From positions 20,000 through 83,999 of the IMG/VR virus record IMGVR_UViG_3300013902_000001: a DNA stretch of 64,000 bases; one strand, given 5' to 3'. Made by a program: the position numbers and the translations under genes. Under the pieces are notes generated by a model. It saw only the letters and a list, made by a program, of their open reading frames with translations. It had not been told where the DNA came from and did not search any database. This stretch comes from a virus. Its lineage: Duplodnaviria; Heunggongvirae; Uroviricota; Caudoviricetes. Shown one piece after another: positions 26,938 to 35,516 of the stretch; positions within the stretch are counted from its first letter, which is position 1, and every line of letters begins with the position of its first letter.

Positions 26938-28074
26938 TTACTTTTGCTTTTTAAGATTTTTAATCTTTTCATCATTAGGTGTCTCATCATGAGCAGCTTG
27001 AACAGCCTCAATTACAGCATTATCAGAAGCTTTATTAGCATTAAACTCTGCCATAGTGGGAATTACATTACCAACAGGAGAAGCAAAATCAGATACTTTA
27101 TTAGCACTATCTTGGTTTTTAGGCAATGTCTTATAAGCAGCTTCAACAGTACCAATTTTTTCCAGCTCCTTCTTAAACAGTATAGAGGGATTTTTATTAG
27201 AATCTTCATCTAAACCATTATTCAAAACGAAGAAGATAATCGTAACCAATGAATGGTCAATAGCACCCATAACCTGATGACCGATGTGGCGGCGCTCGGT
27301 TACCATCTCAACCGTATACTGATCGTAAACCGACTTCGGCAACGGACGCTCGTCCATATTAACGCCATAAGGATTGATGTTAGCATCAGTCAACAGACGC
27401 ATATTCTGAACGATGTAGTTCGTAGTATTAACACCAGCATTACCTTCAGTCAAATCAAGAGTGGACTTAGCTGCAAGAATCTCCTGACGATTCTTATAAT
27501 TAAATGTTCCAATAACTTCGTAATCCTGATATCCAGTCAACTGTGCTGCAAGATTTGCGTTGTTATCGTGATTAGCAGGAACCTTAACCAAACGAAGACC
27601 AACTAAACGAGTGTAGCAGTCCATCAAGGTTACTTTATTTGTATCATCTATCGTGAAATACAGATTCTCAAAACGATTTCGCTCTGCTTTCATAGCTGCA
27701 ACAAGACCTGCAGTAGGATCCTCGCTATCAATCTTAATCTCAGTCTCATAAATGAAAGTCTGAGTATGATCAGGATAATTATCGTTGAACAACGGATGAA
27801 CACGATTCTCCTGACCGAGAGTCATTACCAGACGAATTACTTCACCTTTCTTCAAATCATTCTTAACGGATGAGAAATCCAGAGTAAACTTCTCTATAGA
27901 TTCGGCTACACCTTTATTCTCATAAATATGAGCAACATCTTTCTTACGAATATTGCACATATGATCGATCATAAGCGTTTCAACATCAGCATTCCAAACA
28001 ACTTTCTGATCTTTATTTGCACCCAACTTGCCAGCCAGGTCATTAATAATAAATTCTCTTGTAAATTGATACAT
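26938..28074 (-). CDS. Probable auxiliary capsid/decoration protein, 378 aa
   Basis: Intact ORF with no TAG; position between ring genes downstream of the MCP matches crAss-like synteny; followed by a terminator. Confidence 0.55.
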   Translation of the reverse strand: MYQFTREFIINDLAGKLGANKDQKVVWNADVETLMIDHMCNIRKKDVAHIYENKGVAESIEKFTLDFSSVKNDLKKGEVIRLVMTLGQENRVHPLFNDNYPDHTQTFIYETEIKIDSEDPTAGLVAAMKAERNRFENLYFTIDDTNKVTLMDCYTRLVGLRLVKVPANHDNNANLAAQLTGYQDYEVIGTFNYKNRQEILAAKSTLDLTEGNAGVNTTNYIVQNMRLLTDANINPYGVNMDERPLPKSVYDQYTVEMVTERRHIGHQVMGAIDHSLVTIIFFVLNNGLDEDSNKNPSILFKKELEKIGTVEAAYKTLPKNQDSANKVSDFASPVGNVIPTMAEFNANKASDNAVIEAVQAAHDETPNDEKIKNLKKQK

Positions 28075-28122
28075 AATTTCAATTTTTTAGTATAATCTAG
28101 TTATCTATAATAGATTAATCTT

Positions 28123-28941
28123 TTACTTTTGTGGAATAGATTGATTTACTGGTATATAGGTTTGTAATCTAGCATCAGATCCATTTTCCATTACCATTTT
28201 TACAATTTCCTTAATAATCTCATTAACTACATAATCTTGAAACTCCAAAACAGAAGTTGTGTCTTTTACATCATCTAATTGATCTTGATCTATAGTTAAG
28301 AACTACGGAGCTCGTAAATAAGAAATCTAAACAGATTCCAAATCAATCTTCTGAGGATCATTTCCACATAATATCTACATTACCGGCTAAGTTGAATTGC
28401 CGTATCTAGTTCCAGGCGTCCGATTCATAAAAGGGCTATTGTAATCAGTGATTACGTTGTCGTTAGCGTCTTTATCAGGATCAGTTTTAGCTGGATCAGT
28501 TTTGTATATAATATAATAATACGGCCTATAAATAGAAGGTCGCATATAATAATTAGATAAAACTTGAGATGCTTGATTTGTATCTAATTTATTTGCTCCT
28601 TGAACAACTCTTTTAACAACACTATCACATTTGGGTGTTTGCTTTTTAAAAATACAGGTGCAATTCAAAATGTGAACATAATCTTTTGGAAGATTTATAG
28701 TATAAATACATCCAAAAGCAGAGTCATTTTGATAAGCAGGAGCATTTATTTCATACATCAGATTTAATCTACTGAGATCGTCTGTAGCTTGCTAATCCTT
28801 TTCAAAAGCAGTGTATCTTTTATTGAAATATTCTTGAACCGCTTTATTTAAATAATATACAAAATCTGAGATTAGTAATGATGGAGCTTGAACTTTATTC
28901 AACTCCACCAATACTGCCTCATAAACATCCCTTACAGTCAT
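28123..28941 (-). CDS. Tail ring protein, 272 aa (code 15)
   Basis: MTVRDVYEAVLVELNKVQAPSLLISDFVYYLNKAVQEYFNKRY..D[TAG]QATDDL, matching the crAss ring-protein pattern (..QQTTDDL); TAA at 28123. Confidence 0.75.
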
Positions 28942-28948
28942 GTCTTAA

Positions 28949-29803
28949 TTATTTTGTTTTCTTCTGAAGCTCGGGAAAAGTTTCCTTAGAAATCTGTTCA
29001 TACAATACTTTATTATCAGGGTTCTGCAAGAATTCTACAGCACGATCCTGACCGCGTCCGATTACCATATCGTCACCGAAGTAATACAAACCATCTTTCT
29101 TTACAATAACACCACGTGCAATTGCCTCTACCAACAAAAGCCGAACTTTAGTCGAATTACCAGTATACAAATCTATAATTTTTTGAGGATATTTCTCTGC
29201 CTGAGTAAACAGCCAGTCTTCAATATCGCTAGAATTAGCTCTAGACATATCTTTCTCCAGCAATTTACATTTCAGAATCCACTGATCCAACGTATCGTTA
29301 GCAATGAAATTCTGAGCCTGAAGAATGAGTTTACGGAAGTCATTACGATTTTTAGCAGCAAGACCCGGATGTTCTACATACAAATCTGCCATACCGTAAT
29401 CACCCTGAACTCGACCAACTTCATCCACACTAACAGATCCGCCATCTACTTTATAATTACCAGCGGAATCTTTTGCAAATCTATCCTCTGCGATTAAACT
29501 AGAATTCTTAATCGCCTCCCAACGCGCTCTATCCAAGGGATTATCCAAGTCAAAAGTCGTTCCATGTTGAACAACAATAGGCACGTCACTCGCTACAAAA
29601 ACCTGTCGTTTAGCAAGATTTGGTTCATTGGCTTTTACTTTATCAGCCTCTGAAAGAATAAGCTGTCCTGTAACTGCGTCGCGTTCACGAACACAAGGCG
29701 GATACATTCCAGTCATTGGATCGACGCAAGGGGTAATATGATAAGTTTGTCCCTGAGTCTTTCCGTAAGCACTTTTAAGCACAATAATGTTACTTTGATC
29801 CAT
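28949..29803 (-). CDS. Conserved capsid-module protein downstream of the MCP, 284 aa
   Basis: Intact TAG-free ORF directly after the MCP, as in crAss-like genomes. Confidence 0.7.
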   Translation of the reverse strand: MDQSNIIVLKSAYGKTQGQTYHITPCVDPMTGMYPPCVRERDAVTGQLILSEADKVKANEPNLAKRQVFVASDVPIVVQHGTTFDLDNPLDRARWEAIKNSSLIAEDRFAKDSAGNYKVDGGSVSVDEVGRVQGDYGMADLYVEHPGLAAKNRNDFRKLILQAQNFIANDTLDQWILKCKLLEKDMSRANSSDIEDWLFTQAEKYPQKIIDLYTGNSTKVRLLLVEAIARGVIVKKDGLYYFGDDMVIGRGQDRAVEFLQNPDNKVLYEQISKETFPELQKKTK

Positions 29804-29836
29804 ATTATTACATTAATTCATTTTCAAATATCTAAA

Positions 29837-29870
29837 ATAATCCCCAGGGTCTGGGACCCCAGGGATTTAT
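29837..29870 (-). terminator. Hairpin after the MCP stop
   Basis: Imperfect inverted repeat ATAAATCCCTGGGGTC-CCA-GACCCTGGGGATTAT. Confidence 0.45.
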
Positions 29871-29881
29871 CTAGAATGGAA

Positions 29882-32800
29882 TCAGTTTTCAAAAAGAATA
29901 ACTGATTTATAAGGGTTGTAAACGGCTACTCCGAAATAACCACCCATAACATATTTGATGCCAGCAACAGGCGAAGCAACTTCACCATTACGGACACCTA
30001 CACCAGGGAGCGTATTCTCATAGATCTGTTTATCCGACAAGGTAAACATTTCACATGCGGGGCGACCGCTTGCCTTGTCTGCAGTAAGATCAATCAGAAC
30101 GCCGAAACCTTTATCACCATACTCGATAGACAAAGTTCTATCTACCTTAAATACAACGGTATTTCCGGCAAAAGTATACGCGTCATAAGTAGCACCAGCT
30201 TTTACATTACCGTTAGCAGCCTTAGAATAAATATAAGCTGCATCAGTGTGATGGTTAGCCAGGAACTCACTCATGGTGTTTTGAATATCATACCATAATT
30301 TTTCCGAGCAAATGAAAACAAAGGTATTACCCGTTACTTTGTCGCATTTTTTCGTCAAAGTAAGGATCATCTCATTCAGCAAGCTCGGAGTAAGCTTGGT
30401 ATAATTATATTTGGAAGCATAACGTTGAATCTGTTGAACGATACCATCGCCCGCTATGACGGGGCGCCCCTCCCTGTCATACAACATACTCTTACCGTTC
30501 TCGTCCATGGTGGTGTGTTGCCACAACATCATGTTATTACGAGCTTCCATAAAGTTGTCCAGAAGAATCTTCTTCTTGTCAGGCCAAGCAAATACCTTGC
30601 TCTCCCAACCATTAGCATCAGAACCGCGGCTCAGCTGAATAAACATCTGCTCGGTTGCCTCATAACGAGACGAAGCGTCGATGTCTACACGGATTTCTTG
30701 AATATAACCTCTGGCTTTTGCACAATTCGACTGATACTTAACAAACTGATTATCAATGAGTTACCTCACTGCATGGACTATATCTTGAATTTACATTCTA
30801 TTACCGTCTGTAAATCCCCTCCCTTTTCGCTTGCGCTACTCTACTAAGTTCCCTATAATAGATTTACTATTATAGACCTTTTCGATAGTCTCTGAACTTT
30901 TCCTTTCGGACTTAGCTGCTGATTGCCCTATAAGGGTTTCCAGCAATTAAAGAGGTGTTTTTAATTTTACACATATTCCTATGCGGACACAGGCCTTGTT
31001 AGTTGACCAGTGTCATGCCACTCTTGTTTCAAATTCAATACGTTAGCAATATGTTTCCATATTGATCGGACTATATCTTCATTATAGGTTCTATTACCGT
31101 TCCTATAATGCTCCCCATTTCGACCGAAGTCTACTCTACTCGTTTATTCTTTTAAGTATTTCTCTTAAAATATACTTTCGATAGTCTCTGAAGGTTACTC
31201 TTTTTGAGTCTTCCCTGCTGATTTCCATTTTACAGGATTCCAGCAATTAAAGGAGTTTTTAGTCAGCAATTTAATTCACCGACCCAACGAGTCTTAGCAC
31301 CAGTATAAGTAGAACCAGTTGCCAAAACTGCAGAAGCATCACCTGAAACAATGCGAACTTGGTATTCCCAGCAATTCAAATAATGAACATTTTGACTATA
31401 TCATTTACTGTTGTATTTAAATATATAATCTCCAAAATATCGATCTCCCTGCTGTATGTGCTGAATTTTACTAGCAGGAACTTTATATTTTTCTCTAACT
31501 GATTTTACAGAATCCATAGATTCTATAAAATTTCCAAATTTGTCATAAACGTCTATTGATAACTTCCGAACGTATTTTTTTGAAGGAACTTCATTTATAG
31601 GTTCAAACGTAACATAATAGTCTTTATACCAATTATTTCCGACTTGAAAAATATTACTAATTTTTGACCAGGAATTTAAATGAATAATAGGCATAATTTC
31701 TTTACCTTTATAAGAACCTAAAAAACTTCCATCTTTATAATATGCATAGAAAGTTTCTTGCGAATATTGAATCCGTGGTTTTGGTATAAAATAATCCACC
31801 AATTTGAAGGATAAATAATATTTACCTCGAATTAAGGATGCTCGCTTGATAGCTTGATAGATTGTTCCGATATTCTTTTTAAAATATTCTGAGCAAGCTC
31901 TCATAGATTCGAATTGTAAAATTAATTTTCCTTCTTTTGAATACACGTAAGTAGTTTTTTGGGCCTCAGTTCTTACTTTATATTCATTTATGTTAATTTC
32001 TTTTGAAGTGGACCAGAAATATCCTAAAAAATCGGTTTTATATGATTTTAGTGATTGGAACTGTCGACCATCTATTCCATAAAACTCATAAGCATCCGCT
32101 GATCTTTCCCAGATTTTTACTAGATTTCCTTCAAAATCAAATTGATACAACGGTTTAAATCTATCCTCAACTTTGCCACCTATAATAGCATTATAAGTAT
32201 GAGCTAGTTTAATGAAATTTTCATCTACTATCTCCCTTTCTTTATCATAGGCATCCTTCTCAGTGTTAAAAATATATAAAATCGTTCTTCTAAAAGCATC
32301 GGTTCCATATTTTTTAACTGCATATTGGAACGGAGTTTTTGGATACATATAAGAACTTGGTTGCTGAATTTTTACCCCACATCCTATATATCCATCAAAT
32401 ATAAATGGATTGCTAGTTCTATGAACTCCAACATAGATGCAATTTTGTCCATTTATTTGACATTTAACATTTTCAGTTAGATATACTATATATTTCACAG
32501 TAATTCAGTTTTTCGATATTTCTATCTACGGCTTTCGCCTAGTCGATGGACACTGCTCCCATCGGAGCCATGCTGCTGATTGTCTGTTTCTAGATTTTCC
32601 AGCAATTTAAAGAATTTTACTCGGACAATGCTAGGTTATTTATCCGATTTGCGAATAGGCGCATCCATTACAAAGAACTGTTGCTTGGTCGAGTCGATCA
32701 TAAACGTGTCTTCCAGCTCGTAATAACGCTCTGTAAACCACATCGTAATCTCACTCTGGTTAGCACCATCACCAACAGCAGGAGCTGCCATATACACATA

Positions 32801-33574
32801 CTTAATGAAATTCTGCTGAATTTCCCCAAAACCCAATAGTTTATCACTATTGTTTAGACCATATCATTACCTTATAATCTATTACCAATTATAAGGCACC
32901 TCCCTTTTCGATTAAAATCTACTCTACTCGATTATTCACTTAGATATTTCTTCTAAGTTATTCTTTCGATGGTCGTTGAGCCTTCCTATATTATAGGCTT
33001 GGTTGCTGATTACCACATCTTGCGATATTAGGCTTCCAGCAGTTAAAGAGGTTTTCCATAATAGCTCACGCTACTAGGGAGCAGGACGTCTACTCAAAAC
33101 TAAGGCTGTTAAGCTTCTGATACTTAGAACCTGCCTTCTCGCTATTGCGAACGATATTACCCATAGCTTCCGTCAGGAAGGTAGAGGTCATCTCGTCATA
33201 AGGCTGCATTCTGGACACGATACCCAAACGGGCGGGTTTTTCCAATCGTGTTATCGTTAAGCTTTTTATCCTAACTTCTATATATTACTATATAGTTCGG
33301 CATATATTTTCATCCCCGTGTAAAAGGATGTCGGACACTCTTGGGAATATTATATTTATTCAATTCCTATGCTCTACAATGATTAGAAGCCTTACGCAAT
33401 CTCCTAATTTATCTCGGTGTTGTCCTCACGGATGTTCACCGATTTTGCCCGATAATAATATCATCAATCTCTTAATGACACGGCAAATTACTCACCCAAA
33501 AATTTCGAAAAATCTTCGTATGTACGACTATGAGCCATTTCTGGCTTATGAGTCATAATATTTGCTATAATCAT
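29882..33574 (-). CDS. Major capsid protein, spliced from six exons (469 aa)
   Basis: Exons 33494-33574, 33092-33242, 32642-32826, 31278-31376, 31006-31035 and 29882-30745 total 1410 nt in an open frame: MIIANIMTHKPEMAHSRTYEDFSKFLG|EKPARLG..SFE[T|GG=W]EIQQNF..RKSD|NCWEYQV..RWVG|NLKQEWHDTG|FVKYQSN.. This resembles crAss MCPs. Every upstream exon ends in U and every intron ends in G. Confidence 0.9.
30746..31005 (-). mobile_element. Group I intron 5 of the MCP (260 nt, no ORF)
   Basis: P AATTGCTGGAA, Q AATCAGCAGC, R TTCAGAGACTA, S AAGATATAGTCC; terminal G at 30746. Confidence 0.9.
31036..31277 (-). mobile_element. Group I intron 4 of the MCP (242 nt, no ORF)
   Basis: P AATTGCTGGAA, Q AATCAGCAGG, R TTCAGAGACTA, S AAGATATAGTCC; P9 CAATATG-GAAA-CATATTG. 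Confidence 0.9.
31377..32641 (-). mobile_element. Group I intron 3 of the MCP (1265 nt) carrying a homing endonuclease gene
   Basis: P AAATTGCTGGAA, Q AATCAGCAGC, R CATCGACTAG, S ATGATATAGTC; the ORF lies between the P8 strands TTACTGT and ACAGTAA. Confidence 0.9.
31401..32498 (-). CDS. Intron-encoded GIY-YIG-family homing endonuclease with repeated NUMOD-like DNA-binding segments, 365 aa
   Basis: YIVYLT..IYVGVH..DGYIGCG N-terminus, then repeats such as LYQFDFEGNLVKIW, YVYSKEGKLILQFESM and VYDKFGNFIESMDS; GTG start, TGA stop, no TAG. Confidence 0.8.
   Translation of the reverse strand: MKYIVYLTENVKCQINGQNCIYVGVHRTSNPFIFDGYIGCGVKIQQPSSYMYPKTPFQYAVKKYGTDAFRRTILYIFNTEKDAYDKEREIVDENFIKLAHTYNAIIGGKVEDRFKPLYQFDFEGNLVKIWERSADAYEFYGIDGRQFQSLKSYKTDFLGYFWSTSKEININEYKVRTEAQKTTYVYSKEGKLILQFESMRACSEYFKKNIGTIYQAIKRASLIRGKYYLSFKLVDYFIPKPRIQYSQETFYAYYKDGSFLGSYKGKEIMPIIHLNSWSKISNIFQVGNNWYKDYYVTFEPINEVPSKKYVRKLSIDVYDKFGNFIESMDSVKSVREKYKVPASKIQHIQQGDRYFGDYIFKYNSK
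32827..33091 (-). mobile_element. Group I intron 2 of the MCP (265 nt, no ORF)
   Basis: P AACTGCTGGAA, Q AATCAGCAACC, R TCAACGACCA, S ATGATATGGTC; splits the Trp codon T|GG. Confidence 0.9.
33243..33493 (-). mobile_element. Group I intron 1 of the MCP (251 nt, divergent subtype)
   Basis: Removing it restores FLG|EKP. Core elements are AAAATCGGTGAA, GTAGAGCATAG and AAAATATATGCC, giving P7 GCAUA/UAUGC; the exon ends in U and the intron ends in G. Confidence 0.8.
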
Positions 33575-33618
33575 ATTATCTTATTTTATATATTAAAAGA
33601 TTGAAGGCTTATTACACG

Positions 33619-34596
33619 TTAAGCCTTCTTGTTTACTACGGTTGCTTTTTTGACGTCTCGCCTAGCCTCTGCGAGTTTAGCTTTGTAATAATCCTCAACC
33701 GCACGAAATGCTTCATCGCCTTTAAGGGCATACCATGCCATCTTAAACATCATTTCCGGATTATTATAAAATTTATAAAAATCTGTTTGGCCAGTTACTT
33801 CATCTTGATTCAAAATGCAGGAAAGCACTTCATTCTTGTCTTGATTATCTAACTCCAACCCGTTAATTACATTAGTATTACGAGCTACTTGAATCAAATT
33901 ATCTTTTAGCTGTTCCCACTGTTGCTGTTGTTCAGCTTCAGCGGCTTTTGCTTCTGCTTCTTGCTGGTCTGTTTCCATCTGCTTATACTCTTCTCGGAGA
34001 GCTTTTACTTTCCTATTATAAAGAGTTTCATTTTCCTTCTCTTTCTCGAGTATATTCTCAATCTCATCTGCGTCTTTCTCTCGGTCGAAACCGTATCTAT
34101 CTATCAAGTCAAAACGAAATAGATCATCGTCACTAACTTCATCTACTGTCGAAGTCTTCTTACCAGACATCTCAGCGATCGTTTGTTCACGAATCGATTT
34201 CGCAAAACCATTCAAATCTGTATTATGATCTCTTAAGAAATTAATCACCTCTAATTCATTATCAGACAACATAGGTTGATTAACACTTTCTAAAAGTGCA
34301 ATCTTCTCGTCATCAGACAAATCATCAAAAGTAACTTCTTCCTCTTCGTTATCTTCATTCAAAATTCGGATTTTAGACTTATCTACGGATTTACTTCTAA
34401 GATATTTTGTCATAAAATCCCCTTCCTCCTCCGTCTTAGCGGGCTCAGAATCAGAACCAGGTTCTTGATTAGTTTCTCCATCAAAGATGCTTTCATCAGA
34501 ATCAGGATCATAACTAATATCCTCATCATTTACTGGTTCTACAATAGGTTCATTAGAGGGTTCTGGGGAACCCCACAATTCGTCGTCTAAATTCAT
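33619..34596 (-). CDS. Acidic, coiled-coil protein upstream of the MCP (scaffold-like), 325 aa
   Basis: Intact TAG-free ORF, very D/E-rich, in the conserved position upstream of crAss MCP genes. Confidence 0.65.
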   Translation of the reverse strand: MNLDDELWGSPEPSNEPIVEPVNDEDISYDPDSDESIFDGETNQEPGSDSEPAKTEEEGDFMTKYLRSKSVDKSKIRILNEDNEEEEVTFDDLSDDEKIALLESVNQPMLSDNELEVINFLRDHNTDLNGFAKSIREQTIAEMSGKKTSTVDEVSDDDLFRFDLIDRYGFDREKDADEIENILEKEKENETLYNRKVKALREEYKQMETDQQEAEAKAAEAEQQQQWEQLKDNLIQVARNTNVINGLELDNQDKNEVLSCILNQDEVTGQTDFYKFYNNPEMMFKMAWYALKGDEAFRAVEDYYKAKLAEARRDVKKATVVNKKA

Positions 34597-34639
34597 ATTA
34601 CTTATTAATTCATTAATACATTATCTATCTAATTACCTG

Positions 34640-34647
34640 CAAAATTA
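34640..34647 (-). promoter_or_regulatory. Bacteroidota-type -7 promoter element for the capsid operon
   Basis: TAATTTTG(CAG), intergenic, about 45 nt upstream of ATG 34596 and just downstream of a terminator. Confidence 0.6.
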
Positions 34648-34662
34648 GTAATTCTATAGAAT

Positions 34663-34712
34663 AAAAAAAAGAGTCAATTGCCAATATGGTAATTAAGCAA
34701 TTAACTCTATTT
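34663..34712 (-). terminator. Rho-independent terminator
   Basis: Stem AGAGTTAATTGC...GCAATTGACTCT followed by a T run. Confidence 0.65.
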
Positions 34713-34716
34713 TATT

Positions 34717-35028
34717 TTAATTATATCCATATTTCTACATTTCTGCAAGGGATTTATCTAACTCAGATTTAGTCCAAGAAAGTTCCTTAAATCCCATTTT
34801 CTTCTTTCCGTGAGGAATAAGTCCATTTCTAATATGCGTATCGAAGATAGATCTAGACATATTCATATAAATACAAGCCTCCTCCTTACTTAATGGTCTT
34901 TCCGAGTTAAACTTAGACAACTCATCTAAAGTCTGAGAAATTTCCTCATCACTACAAGAAATGTTACCACTCCTAACTTCATCAGCTACATTCTCAATCG
35001 CATCCGCAATAATATCGTTTAAACGCAT
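34717..35028 (-). CDS. Helix-turn-helix (AlpA/excisionase-like) protein, 103 aa
   Basis: LSKEEACIYMNMSRSIFDTHIRNGLIPHG..GFKELSW; TAG at 34735 read through to TAA 34717. Confidence 0.65.
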
Positions 35029-35182
35029 AGAACATTATTATTAAAAATAAAACAATTAAAATCAACACAAATATATCATTAAAGAATAGGAAAAATCCTA
35101 CACACGCTAATAATGAATATACTAATGCTAACCTATGATAAAGACAATACTTAAGAGCCTTACTTAGACTTAGTAAAATCAT
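34994..35182 (-). CDS. Small membrane protein (start uncertain)
   Basis: Hydrophobic ORF KYCLYHRLALVYSLLACVGFFLFF..LILIVLFLIIMF; overlaps both neighbours. Confidence 0.4.
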   Translation of the reverse strand: MILLSLSKALKYCLYHRLALVYSLLACVGFFLFFNDIFVLILIVLFLIIMFYAFKRYYCGCD

Positions 35183-35495
35183 ACACATCGGGATGACGAG
35201 CAGCAAAATGACCTACGGCCAAACCACCTAGCAAACCTGTGCGTCCAACATTATCCAGTAAGTCAGCAAACCTGCCGCGATTATTGCGGGTAAACGTTTG
35301 AAAATTTGTAGCACCTTCTTCTGGAGACTTTTTGTAACCATATTTATTAGGAGTAAGAGTATTAACTTTCATAGTAATAGGATTATATCTAGAAGTATCC
35401 TCTGGAGTAATATAATGTTTAAACTCCTCTATCTTTACAGGAATAATCCCATTACGCATCAAATCTAAATAATTTATAGTAGTACTATCGGGCAT
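35160..35495 (-). CDS. Hypothetical protein, 111 aa
   Basis: Intact ATG-TAA ORF with no recognisable motif. Confidence 0.55.
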   Translation of the reverse strand: MPDSTTINYLDLMRNGIIPVKIEEFKHYITPEDTSRYNPITMKVNTLTPNKYGYKKSPEEGATNFQTFTRNNRGRFADLLDNVGRTGLLGGLAVGHFAARHPDVYDFTKSK

Positions 35496-35516
35496 AAGTT
35501 AAAAAATTTAAAAATG

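Noticed and set aside
32636-32836. Track ORF of 66 aa as a separate gene
   Set aside because: It is MCP exon 3 with flanking intron bases.
30746-33493. Group II introns or inteins in the MCP
   Set aside because: There are no GUGYG/AY ends, no RT/maturase and no C/S...HN intein ends; the boundaries and cores are group I.
33328-33558. Plus-strand 76-aa ORF across MCP exon 1/intron 1
   Set aside because: It is antisense to a structured intron and the capsid exon, with no protein-like features.
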